This document shows, piece by piece, positions 51,986 to 64,000 of a stretch of DNA of 64,000 nucleotides; position 1 is the first letter of the stretch, and every line of letters begins with the position of its first letter. A model generated the notes under the pieces. The model was not told the origin of the DNA, did no database searches, and saw nothing but the letters and a program-made list of their open reading frames with translations. Position numbers and translations under genes: made by a program. The stretch lies in assembly GCF_009914755.1 (NCBI RefSeq), contig NC_060930.1; one strand, 5' to 3'. The stretch is from the human T2T-CHM13v2.0 reference genome, Homo sapiens.

Positions 51986-54900
51986 CCTCAGAAACAACTT
52001 TGTGATGTGTGCGTTGAACTCACCGTCTTTAACCTTTCTTTTGGTAGAGAAGTTTTGAAACACTCTCTTTGTAAAGTCTACAAGTGGATATTTTGAGCCC
52101 TTGGAGGCATTCTTTGGAAAAGGGAATGTCTTCACATAAAAGGCAGACGGAAGTGTTCTCAGAAACTGCTTTGTGATGTCTGTGTTCAACTCACAGAGTT
52201 TAACATTTCCTTTGATAGAGCGGTTTAGTAACCCTCTCTTTGTAGAATTTGGAAGTGTATACTAAGAGCGCTTTGAGGCCTATGGTAGAAAAGGAAATAT
52301 CTTTCCATAAAAGCTAGACAGAAGCAATCTCAGAAACTCCTTTGCGATGTCTGCATTCAACTCACCGAGTGGAACATTCCTCTTGAGAGAGCAGTTTGGA
52401 AACACTCTTTCTGTAGAATCAGCTTGTTTGTATTTGGACCTCCTTGAGGCCTTCGTTGGAAACGGGTTTTCATCTTATAAACCCAGACAGAAGAATTCTC
52501 AGAGTCTTCTTTGTGATGTGTGCTTTCAACTCACCGAGATAAAGATTTCTCTTGATAGAGCAATTTGGAAACACTCTTTTTGTAGAATTTGCAAGGGTAC
52601 ATTGAGAGCGCTTTCAGGCCTATGGTAGAAAAGGGAATATCTTTCCATAAAAGGTAGACAGAAGCAATCTCAGAAACTACTTTGTGATGTGTGCATTCAA
52701 CTCACCGAGTGCAACGTTCCTCTTGACCGAGCAGTTTGGAAACATTGTTTCTGTAGAATCTGCAAGTGGATATTTGGACCTCTTTGAGGCCTTCGTTGGA
52801 AACGGGATTTCTTCCTATAAACCCAGACAGAAGAATTCTCAGAGACTTCTTTGTGATGTGTGAATTCAACTCACAGTGTGGATCCTTCCTTTTGATAGAG
52901 CAGTTTTGAAACCCTGTTTTTGTAGTATTTCCAAGCGGATATTTGGAACGCCTTGAAGCGTATGGTAGAAAAGGAAATATCTTCCCATAAAACCTAGACA
53001 GAACCAATCTCAGAAACGACTTTGTGATGTCTGCATTCAAGTCACAGAGTTGAACATTTCTCTTGATAGAGCAGTTTTGAAACCCTCTTTCTGAAGGATC
53101 TGCAAGTGGATATTTGGAACTCCTTTGGGTCTTCGTTGGAAACGGGATTTCTTCGTATAAATCTAGACAGAAGAATTCTCCGAAACTTCTTTGGTTGTGT
53201 GCATTCAAGTCACAGAGTGGAACCTTCCTTTGGATAGAGCAGTTTGAAACGCCGTGGTTGTAGTATTTCCAAGCGGATATTAGAGCGCCTTGAGGCCTAT
53301 GGTAGAAAAGGAAATATCTTCCCATAAAACCTAGACGGAAGCAATCTCAGAAACTACTGTGTGATGGCTGCATTCCACACACACGGTGGAACATTTCTCT
53401 TGATAGAGCAGTTTTGAAACACTCTTTCTGTAGAATCTGCAAGTGGATAATTGGACCGCCTTGAGGCCTTCGTTGGAAACGGGATTTCTTCATGTTACTC
53501 TAGATAGAAGAATTCTCAAACACTGCTATGTGATGTTTGCATTCAAGTCACAGAGTGCAACATTCCTCTTGGTAGAGCAGTTGGGAAACACTCCTTTTGT
53601 AGAATCTGCAATGGGATATTTGGACTTCTTTGAGGCCTTCGTTGGAAACGGGATTTCTTCGTATGAATCTAGACAGAAGAATTCTCAGAAACTTCCTTGT
53701 GATGTGTGCATTCAACTCAGCGAGTGGCACCTTCCTTTGGATACAGCAGTTTTGAAACACTGTTTTTGTAGTATTTCCAAGCGGATATTTAGAGCGCCTT
53801 GAAGCCTATGCTAGAAATGGAAATATCTCCCCATAAAACCAAGACAGAAGCAATCTCAGAAACTAATGTGTGATGGCTGCATTCCACACACACGGTGGAC
53901 CATTTCTCTTGATAGAGCAGTTTTGAAACACTCTTTCTGTAGAATCTGCAAGTGGATAATTGGACCTCCTAGAGGCCTTCGTTGGAAACGGGATTTCTTC
54001 ATCTAAACCTACAGAGAAGAATTCTCAGTAACTTCTTCGGATGTGTGCATTCGACGCACAGAATGGAACATTCCCTTTGATAGAGCAGTTTTGAGACACC
54101 GTTTTTGTAGAATTCCCAAGTGGATATTTAGAGCACTTTGAAGTCTCTGCTAGAAAAGGAAACATCTTCATGTAAAAAGTAGATAGAATCGTTCTCAGAA
54201 AGTGCTTAGTGACGTGTGCGTTCAACTCACAGAGTTTAACGTTTCTTTTGATAGAGCGTTTCTGAAACACCCTTCTTGTAGTAGCTGCAAGTGGATATTT
54301 GGACCTATTGGAGGCCTTCTTTGGAAATGGGATTTCTTCATGTAACTCTAGATTGAAGAGTTCTCAGAAACTCCTTTGTGATGTGTGCATTCAATTCAAA
54401 GAGTGAAACCTCCCTTTTCACAGAGCAGTTTTGAAACACTGTTTTTGTAGGATTTCCAAGGGGATATTTATAGCGCATTGAGCCTACGGCGGAAAAAGAA
54501 ACATCTTCCTATAAAAACTAGACAGAATACTTCTCAGAATCTGCTTTGCGATGTGTGCGTTCAACTCACAGAGTAAAACTTTTCTTTTGATAGAGCAGTT
54601 TCGAAACACTCTTTTTGTAGTATTTGCATGTGTATATTTAGAGCGCATTGAAGCCCACAGTAGAAAAGGAAATAACTTCACCTAAAACCTAGACAGAAGC
54701 AATCTCAGAAACTACTTTGTGATGTGTACATTCAACTCACAGAGTGGAACTTTCCTCTTTATAGAGCAGTGTTGAAACACTCTTTTTGTAGAAACTGCAA
54801 GTGGATATTTGGACCTCTTTGAGGCCTTCGTTGGAAACGGGATTTCTTCCTATAACCCTAGACAGAAGAATTTTCAGAAACCTCATTGTGATGTGTGCGT

Positions 54901-57900
54901 TCATCTCACAGAGTGGAGTCTTCCGTTTGATAGAGAAGTTTTGAAACCCTGTTCTTGTAGGATTTCCAAGTGGATATTTAGACCACTTTGAAGCCTATGA
55001 TAGAAAAGGAAACATCTTCATGGAAAACATAGATAGAATCATCCTCAGAAACAACTTTGTGATGTGTGCGTTGAACTCACCGTCTTTAACCTTTCTTTTG
55101 GTAGAGAAGTTTTGAAACACTCTCTTTGTAAAGTCTACAAGTGGATATTTTGAGCCCTTGGAGGCATTCTTTGGAAAAGGGAATGTCTTCACATAAAAGG
55201 CAGACGGAAGTGTTCTCAGAAACTGCTTTGTGATGTCTGTGTTCAACTCACAGAGTTTAACATTTCCTTTGATAGAGCGGTTTAGTAACCCTCTCTTTGT
55301 AGAATTTGGAAGTGTATACTAAGAGCGCTTTGAGGCCTATGGTAGAAAAGGAAATATCTTTCCATAAAAGCTAGACAGAAGCAATCTCAGAAACTCCTCT
55401 GCGATGTCTGCATTCAACTCACCGAGTGGAACATTCCTCTTGAGAGAGCAGTTTGGAAACACTCTTTCTGTAGAATCAGCTTGTTTGTATTTGGACCTCC
55501 TTGAGGCCTTCGTTGGAAACGGGTTTTCATCTTATAAACCCAGACAGAAGAATTCTCAGAGTCTTCTTTGTGATGTGTGCTTTCAACTCACCGAGATAAA
55601 GATTTCTCTTGATAGAGCAATTTGGAAACACTCTTTTTGTAGAATTTGCAAGGGTACATTGAGAGCGCTTTCAGGCCTATGGTAGAAAAGGGAATATCTT
55701 TCCATAAAAGGTAGACAGAAGCAATCTCAGAAACTACTTTGTGATGTGTGCATTCAACTCACCGAGTGCAACGTTCCTCTTGACCGAGCAGTTTGGAAAC
55801 ATTGTTTCTGTAGAATCTGCAAGTGGATATTTGGACCTCTTTGAGGCCTTCGTTGGAAACGGGATTTCTTCCTATAAACCCAGACAGAAGAATTCTCAGA
55901 GACTTCTTTGTGATGTGTGAATTCAACTCACAGTGTGGATCCTTCCTTTTGATAGAGCAGTTTTGAAACCCTGTTTTTGTAGTATTTCCAAGCGGATATT
56001 CGGAACGCCTTGAAGCGTATGGTAGAAAAGGAAATATCTTCCCATAAAACCTAGACAGAACCAATCTCAGAAACGACTTTGTGATGTCTGCATTCAAGTC
56101 ACAGAGTTGAACATTTCTCTTGATAGAGCAGTTTTGAAACCCTCTTTCTGAAGGATCTGCAAGTGGATATTTGGAACTCCTTTGGGTCTTCGTTGGAAAC
56201 GGGATTTCTTCGTATAAATCTAGACAGAAGAATTCTCCGAAACTTCTTTGGTTGTGTGCATTCAAGTCACAGAGTGGAACCTTCCTTTGGATAGAGCAGT
56301 TTGAAACGCCGTGGTTGTAGTATTTCCAAGCGGATATTAGAGCGCCTTGAGGCCTATGGTAGAAAAGGAAATATCTTCCCATAAAACCTAGACGGAAGCA
56401 ATCTCAGAAACTACTGTGTGATGGCTGCATTCCACACACACGGTGGAACATTTCTCTTGATAGAGCAGTTTTGAAACACTCTTTCTGTAGAATCTGCAAG
56501 TGGATAATTGGACCGCCTTGAGGCCTTCGTTGGAAACGGGATTTCTTCATGTTACTCTAGATAGAAGAATTCTCAAACACTGCTATGTGATGTTTGCATT
56601 CAAGTCACAGAGTGCAACATTCCTCTTGGTAGAGCAGTTGGGAAACACTCCTTTTGTAGAATCTGCAATGGGATATTTGGACTTCTTTGAGGCCTTCGTT
56701 GGAAACGGGATTTCTTCGTATGAATCTAGACAGAAGAATTCTCAGAAACTTCCTTGTGATGTGTGCATTCAACTCAGCGAGTGGCACCTTCCTTTGGATA
56801 CAGCAGTTTTGAAACACTGTTTTTGTAGTATTTCCAAGCGGATATTTAGAGCGCCTTGAAGCCTATGCTAGAAATGGAAATATCTCCCCATAAAACCAAG
56901 ACAGAAGCAATCTCAGAAACTAATGTGTGATGGCTGCATTCCACACACACGGTGGACCATTTCTCTTGATAGAGCAGTTTTGAAACACTCTTTCTGTAGA
57001 ATCTGCAAGTGGATAATTGGACCTCCTAGAGGCCTTCGTTGGAAACGGGATTTCTTCATCTAAACCTACAGAGAAGAATTCTCAGTAACTTCTTCGGATG
57101 TGTGCATTCGACGCACAGAATGGAACATTCCCTTTGATAGAGCAGTTTTGAGACACCGTTTTTGTAGAATTCCCAAGTGGATATTTAGAGCACTTTGAAG
57201 TCTCTGCTAGAAAAGGAAACATCTTCATGTAAAAAGTAGATAGAATCGTTCTCAGAAAGTGCTTAGTGACGTGTGCGTTCAACTCACAGAGTTTAACGTT
57301 TCTTTTGATAGAGCGTTTCTGAAACACCCTTCTTGTAGTAGCTGCAAGTGGATATTTGGACCTATTGGAGGCCTTCTTTGGAAATGGGATTTCTTCATGT
57401 AACTCTAGATTGAAGAGTTCTCAGAAACTCCTTTGTGATGTGTGCATTCAATTCAAAGAGTGAAACCTCCCTTTTCACAGAGCAGTTTTGAAACACTGTT
57501 TTTGTAGGATTTCCAAGGGGATATTTATAGCGCATTGAGCCTACGGCGGAAAAAGAAACATCTTCCTATAAAAACTAGACAGAATACTTCTCAGAATCTG
57601 CTTTGCGATGTGTGCGTTCAACTCACAGAGTAAAACTTTTCTTTTGATAGAGCAGTTTTGAAACACTCTTTTTGTAGTATTTGCATGTGTATATTTAGAG
57701 CGCATTGAAGCCCACAGTAGAAAAGGAAATAACTTCACCTAAAACCTAGACAGAAGCAATCTCAGAAACTACTTTGTGATGTGTACATTCAACTCACAGA
57801 GTGGAACTTTCCTCTTTATAGAGCAGTGTTGAAACACTCTTTTTGTAGAAACTGCAAGTGGATATTTGGACCTCTTTGAGGCCTTCGTTGGAAACGGGAT

Positions 57901-60900
57901 TTCTTCCTATAACCCTAGACAGAAGAATTTTCAGAAACCTCATTGTGATGTGTGCGTTCATCTCACAGAGTGGAGTCTTCCGTTTGATAGAGAAGTTTTG
58001 AAACCCTGTTCTTGTAGGATTTCCAAGTGGATATTTAGACCACTTTGAAGCCTATGATAGAAAAGGAAACATCTTCATGGAAAACATAGATAGAATCATC
58101 CTCAGAAACAACTTTGTGATGTGTGCGTTGAACTCACCGTCTTTAACCTTTCTTTTGGTAGAGAAGTTTTGAAACACTCTCTTTGTAAAGTCTACAAGTG
58201 GATATTTTGAGCCCTTGGAGGCATTCTTTGGAAAAGGGAATGTCTTCACATAAAAGGCAGACGGAAGTGTTCTCAGAAACTGCTTTGTGATGTCTGTGTT
58301 CAACTCACAGAGTTTAACATTTCCTTTGATAGAGCGGTTTAGTAACCCTCTCTTTGTAGAATTTGGAAGTGTATACTAAGAGCGCTTTGAGGCCTATGGT
58401 AGAAAAGGAAATATCTTTCCATAAAAGCTAGACAGAAGCAATCTCAGAAACTCCTTTGCGATGTCTGCATTCAACTCACCGAGTGGAACATTCCTCTTGA
58501 GAGAGCAGTTTGGAAACACTCTTTCTGTAGAATCAGCTTGTTTGTATTTGGACCTCCTTGAGGCCTTCGTTGGAAACGGGTTTTCATCTTATAAACCCAG
58601 ACAGAAGAATTCTCAGAGTCTTCTTTGTGATGTGTGCTTTCAACTCACCGAGATAAAGATTTCTCTTGATAGAGCAATTTGGAAACACTCTTTTTGTAGA
58701 ATTTGCAAGGGTACATTGAGAGCGCTTTCAGGCCTATGGTAGAAAAGGGAATATCTTTCCATAAAAGGTAGACAGAAGCAATCTCAGAAACTACTTTGTG
58801 ATGTGTGCATTCAACTCACCGAGTGCAACGTTCCTCTTGACCGAGCAGTTTGGAAACATTGTTTCTGTAGAATCTGCAAGTGGATATTTGGACCTCTTTG
58901 AGGCCTTCGTTGGAAACGGGATTTCTTCCTATAAACCCAGACAGAAGAATTCTCAGAGACTTCTTTGTGATGTGTGAATTCAACTCACAGTGTGGATCCT
59001 TCCTTTTGATAGAGCAGTTTTGAAACCCTGTTTTTGTAGTATTTCCAAGCGGATATTCGGAACGCCTTGAAGCGTATGGTAGAAAAGGAAATATCTTCCC
59101 ATAAAACCTAGACAGAACCAATCTCAGAAACGACTTTGTGATGTCTGCATTCAAGTCACAGAGTTGAACATTTCTCTTGATAGAGCAGTTTTGAAACCCT
59201 CTTTCTGAAGGATCTGCAAGTGGATATTTGGAACTCCTTTGGGTCTTCGTTGGAAACGGGATTTCTTCGTATAAATCTAGACAGAAGAATTCTCCGAAAC
59301 TTCTTTGGTTGTGTGCATTCAAGTCACAGAGTGGAACCTTCCTTTGGATAGAGCAGTTTGAAACGCCGTGGTTGTAGTATTTCCAAGCGGATATTAGAGC
59401 GCCTTGAGGCCTATGGTAGAAAAGGAAATATCTTCCCATAAAACCTAGACGGAAGCAATCTCAGAAACTACTGTGTGATGGCTGCATTCCACACACACGG
59501 TGGAACATTTCTCTTGATAGAGCAGTTTTGAAACACTCTTTCTGTAGAATCTGCAAGTGGATAATTGGACCGCCTTGAGGCCTTCGTTGGAAACGGGATT
59601 TCTTCATGTTACTCTAGATAGAAGAATTCTCAAACACTGCTATGTGATGTTTGCATTCAAGTCACAGAGTGCAACATTCCTCTTGGTAGAGCAGTTGGGA
59701 AACACTCCTTTTGTAGAATCTGCAATGGGATATTTGGACTTCTTTGAGGCCTTCGTTGGAAACGGGATTTCTTCGTATGAATCTAGACAGAAGAATTCTC
59801 AGAAACTTCCTTGTGATGTGTGCATTCAACTCAGCGAGTGGCACCTTCCTTTGGATACAGCAGTTTTGAAACACTGTTTTTGTAGTATTTCCAAGCGGAT
59901 ATTTAGAGCGCCTTGAAGCCTATGCTAGAAATGGAAATATCTCCCCATAAAACCAAGACAGAAGCAATCTCAGAAACTAATGTGTGATGGCTGCATTCCA
60001 CACACACGGTGGACCATTTCTCTTGATAGAGCAGTTTTGAAACACTCTTTCTGTAGAATCTGCAAGTGGATAATTGGACCTCCTAGAGGCCTTCGTTGGA
60101 AACGGGATTTCTTCATCTAAACCTACAGAGAAGAATTCTCAGTAACTTCTTCGGATGTGTGCATTCGACGCACAGAATGGAACATTCCCTTTGATAGAGC
60201 AGTTTTGAGACACCGTTTTTGTAGAATTCCCAAGTGGATATTTAGAGCACTTTGAAGTCTCTGCTAGAAAAGGAAACATCTTCATGTAAAAAGTAGATAG
60301 AATCGTTCTCAGAAAGTGCTTAGTGACGTGTGCGTTCAACTCACAGAGTTTAACGTTTCTTTTGATAGAGCGTTTCTGAAACACCCTTCTTGTAGTAGCT
60401 GCAAGTGGATATTTGGACCTATTGGAGGCCTTCTTTGGAAATGGGATTTCTTCATGTAACTCTAGATTGAAGAGTTCTCAGAAACTCCTTTGTGATGTGT
60501 GCATTCAATTCAAAGAGTGAAACCTCCCTTTTCACAGAGCAGTTTTGAAACACTGTTTTTGTAGGATTTCCAAGGGGATATTTATAGCGCATTGAGCCTA
60601 CGGCGGAAAAAGAAACATCTTCCTATAAAAACTAGACAGAATACTTCTCAGAATCTGCTTTGCGATGTGTGCGTTCAACTCACAGAGTAAAACTTTTCTT
60701 TTGATAGAGCAGTTTTGAAACACTCTTTTTGTAGTATTTGCATGTGTATATTTAGAGCGCATTGAAGCCCACAGTAGAAAAGGAAATAACTTCACCTAAA
60801 ACCTAGACAGAAGCAATCTCAGAAACTACTTTGTGATGTGTACATTCAACTCACAGAGTGGAACTTTCCTCTTTATAGAGCAGTGTTGAAACACTCTTTT

Positions 60901-63900
60901 TGTAGAAACTGCAAGTGGATATTTGGACCTCTTTGAGGCCTTCGTTGGAAACGGGATTTCTTCCTATAACCCTAGACAGAAGAATTTTCAGAAACCTCAT
61001 TGTGATGTGTGCGTTCATCTCACAGAGTGGAGTCTTCCGTTTGATAGAGAAGTTTTGAAACCCTGTTCTTGTAGGATTTCCAAGTGGATATTTAGACCAC
61101 TTTGAAGCCTATGATAGAAAAGGAAACATCTTCATGGAAAACATAGATAGAATCATCCTCAGAAACAACTTTGTGATGTGTGCGTTGAACTCACCGTCTT
61201 TAACCTTTCTTTTGGTAGAGAAGTTTTGAAACACTCTCTTTGTAAAGTCTACAAGTGGATATTTTGAGCCCTTGGAGGCATTCTTTGGAAAAGGGAATGT
61301 CTTCACATAAAAGGCAGACGGAAGTGTTCTCAGAAACTGCTTTGTGATGTCTGTGTTCAACTCACAGAGTTTAACATTTCCTTTGATAGAGCGGTTTAGT
61401 AACCCTCTCTTTGTAGAATTTGGAAGTGTATACTAAGAGCGCTTTGAGGCCTATGGTAGAAAAGGAAATATCTTTCCATAAAAGCTAGACAGAAGCAATC
61501 TCAGAAACTCCTTTGCGATGTCTGCATTCAACTCACCGAGTGGAACATTCCTCTTGAGAGAGCAGTTTGGAAACACTCTTTCTGTAGAATCAGCTTGTTT
61601 GTATTTGGACCTCCTTGAGGCCTTCGTTGGAAACGGGTTTTCATCTTATAAACCCAGACAGAAGAATTCTCAGAGTCTTCTTTGTGATGTGTGCTTTCAA
61701 CTCACCGAGATAAAGATTTCTCTTGATAGAGCAATTTGGAAACACTCTTTTTGTAGAATTTGCAAGGGTACATTGAGAGCGCTTTCAGGCCTATGGTAGA
61801 AAAGGGAATATCTTTCCATAAAAGGTAGACAGAAGCAATCTCAGAAACTACTTTGTGATGTGTGCATTCAACTCACCGAGTGCAACGTTCCTCTTGACCG
61901 AGCAGTTTGGAAACATTGTTTCTGTAGAATCTGCAAGTGGATATTTGGACCTCTTTGAGGCCTTCGTTGGAAACGGGATTTCTTCCTATAAACCCAGACA
62001 GAAGAATTCTCAGAGACTTCTTTGTGATGTGTGAATTCAACTCACAGTGTGGATCCTTCCTTTTGATAGAGCAGTTTTGAAACCCTGTTTTTGTAGTATT
62101 TCCAAGCGGATATTTGGAACGCCTTGAAGCGTATGGTAGAAAAGGAAATATCTTCCCATAAAACCTAGACAGAACCAATCTCAGAAACGACTTTGTGATG
62201 TCTGCATTCAAGTCACAGAGTTGAACATTTCTCTTGATAGAGCAGTTTTGAAACCCTCTTTCTGAAGGATCTGCAAGTGGATATTTGGAACTCCTTTGGG
62301 TCTTCGTTGGAAACGGGATTTCTTCGTATAAATCTAGACAGAAGAATTCTCCGAAACTTCTTTGGTTGTGTGCATTCAAGTCACAGAGTGGAACCTTCCT
62401 TTGGATAGAGCAGTTTGAAACGCCGTGGTTGTAGTATTTCCAAGCGGATATTAGAGCGCCTTGAGGCCTATGGTAGAAAAGGAAATATCTTCCCATAAAA
62501 CCTAGACGGAAGCAATCTCAGAAACTACTGTGTGATGGCTGCATTCCACACACACGGTGGAACATTTCTCTTGATAGAGCAGTTTTGAAACACTCTTTCT
62601 GTAGAATCTGCAAGTGGATAATTGGACCGCCTTGAGGCCTTCGTTGGAAACGGGATTTCTTCATGTTACTCTAGATAGAAGAATTCTCAAACACTGCTAT
62701 GTGATGTTTGCATTCAAGTCACAGAGTGCAACATTCCTCTTGGTAGAGCAGTTGGGAAACACTCCTTTTGTAGAATCTGCAATGGGATATTTGGACTTCT
62801 TTGAGGCCTTCGTTGGAAACGGGATTTCTTCGTATGAATCTAGACAGAAGAATTCTCAGAAACTTCCTTGTGATGTGTGCATTCAACTCAGCGAGTGGCA
62901 CCTTCCTTTGGATACAGCAGTTTTGAAACACTGTTTTTGTAGTATTTCCAAGCGGATATTTAGAGCGCCTTGAAGCCTATGCTAGAAATGGAAATATCTC
63001 CCCATAAAACCAAGACAGAAGCAATCTCAGAAACTAATGTGTGATGGCTGCATTCCACACACACGGTGGACCATTTCTCTTGATAGAGCAGTTTTGAAAC
63101 ACTCTTTCTGTAGAATCTGCAAGTGGATAATTGGACCTCCTAGAGGCCTTCGTTGGAAACGGGATTTCTTCATCTAAACCTACAGAGAAGAATTCTCAGT
63201 AACTTCTTCGGATGTGTGCATTCGACGCACAGAATGGAACATTCCCTTTGATAGAGCAGTTTTGAGACACCGTTTTTGTAGAATTCCCAAGTGGATATTT
63301 AGAGCACTTTGAAGTCTCTGCTAGAAAAGGAAACATCTTCATGTAAAAAGTAGATAGAATCGTTCTCAGAAAGTGCTTAGTGACGTGTGCGTTCAACTCA
63401 CAGAGTTTAACGTTTCTTTTGATAGAGCGTTTCTGAAACACCCTTCTTGTAGTAGCTGCAAGTGGATATTTGGACCTATTGGAGGCCTTCTTTGGAAATG
63501 GGATTTCTTCATGTAACTCTAGATTGAAGAGTTCTCAGAAACTCCTTTGTGATGTGTGCATTCAATTCAAAGAGTGAAACCTCCCTTTTCACAGAGCAGT
63601 TTTGAAACACTGTTTTTGTAGGATTTCCAAGGGGATATTTATAGCGCATTGAGCCTACGGCGGAAAAAGAAACATCTTCCTATAAAAACTAGACAGAATA
63701 CTTCTCAGAATCTGCTTTGCGATGTGTGCGTTCAACTCACAGAGTAAAACTTTTCTTTTGATAGAGCAGTTTTGAAACACTCTTTTTGTAGTATTTGCAT
63801 GTGTATATTTAGAGCGCATTGAAGCCCACAGTAGAAAAGGAAATAACTTCACCTAAAACCTAGACAGAAGCAATCTCAGAAACTACTTTGTGATGTGTAC

Positions 63901-64000
63901 ATTCAACTCACAGAGTGGAACTTTCCTCTTTATAGAGCAGTGTTGAAACACTCTTTTTGTAGAAACTGCAAGTGGATATTTGGACCTCTTTGAGGCCTTC
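51986..64000 (+). repeat. Three full 18-mers (units 19-21) plus partial unit 22 (61157-64000)
   Basis: 3,057-bp spacing; the window ends within the M17 CENP-B box (CTTC at 63997-64000). Confidence 0.95.

Larger units (their letters stand above)
1..64000 (+). repeat. Alpha satellite higher-order repeat array (centromeric), probably human chr6 D6Z1 / S1C6H1L, 3,057-bp 18-mer
   Basis: ~170-bp monomers with alphoid motifs (TCTCAGAAAC..TTTGTGATGTGTGCATTCAACTCACAGAG..GATAGAGCAGTTTTGAAACAC) throughout. ORF track recurs at 3,057-bp period (ends 643, 3700, 6757, 9814, 12871). Unit starts: 1, 3058, 6115, 9172, 12229, 14777, 17834, 20891, 23442, 26497, 29048, 32105, 35162, 37713, 40264, 43321, 46378, 49435, 51986, 55043, 58100, 61157. 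One GGATCC per unit (895-900 in unit 1), matching the known ~3-kb BamHI 18-mer of D6Z1. Alpha satellite identity is essentially certain; the chromosome assignment is from recall. Confidence 0.95.

Noticed and set aside
362-63852. Recurring 60-207 aa ORFs on both strands (e.g. 717-1340 minus, 207 aa)
   Set aside because: They are translations of alpha satellite monomers, internally repetitive (FQNCSIKR motifs), often with non-ATG starts, and are cut or fused freely by the HOR deletions. No recognisable domain and no support for coding.
1-64000. Transposon (L1/Alu) insertion, inversion or foreign DNA
   Set aside because: Unit lengths account for the full window (15x3057-2 + 2548 + 5x2551 + 2844 = 64000) and orientation never changes.

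Overview
The whole 64 kb window is one uninterrupted, single-orientation array of primate alpha satellite DNA (~170-bp monomers) organised as a 3,057-bp 18-monomer higher-order repeat (HOR). The unit length, single BamHI site per unit and alternating CENP-B-box/A-box monomers fit the active human chromosome 6 centromeric array D6Z1 (S1C6H1L); this is recognition, not a database search. Units are phased from window position 1 and monomers M1-M18 are my own numbering. There are 22 units: 15 complete 18-mers (one with a 2-bp deletion), five 2,551-bp 15-mers, one distinct 2,548-bp 15-mer and a final partial unit. I see no genes, RNA genes, transposon insertions, inversions or CRISPR arrays; all listed ORFs are repeat artefacts. 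I found no previously undescribed biological system. What is worth a second look is array micro-evolution: two independent 15-mer deletions that collapse the same internal trimer duplication and remove the same two CENP-B boxes, a reconstructable 2,551-bp tandem duplication, multi-unit block duplications, mosaic SNV haplotypes and individual CENP-B box mutations. SNVs were read by eye with help from the ORF track, so some may be missed.
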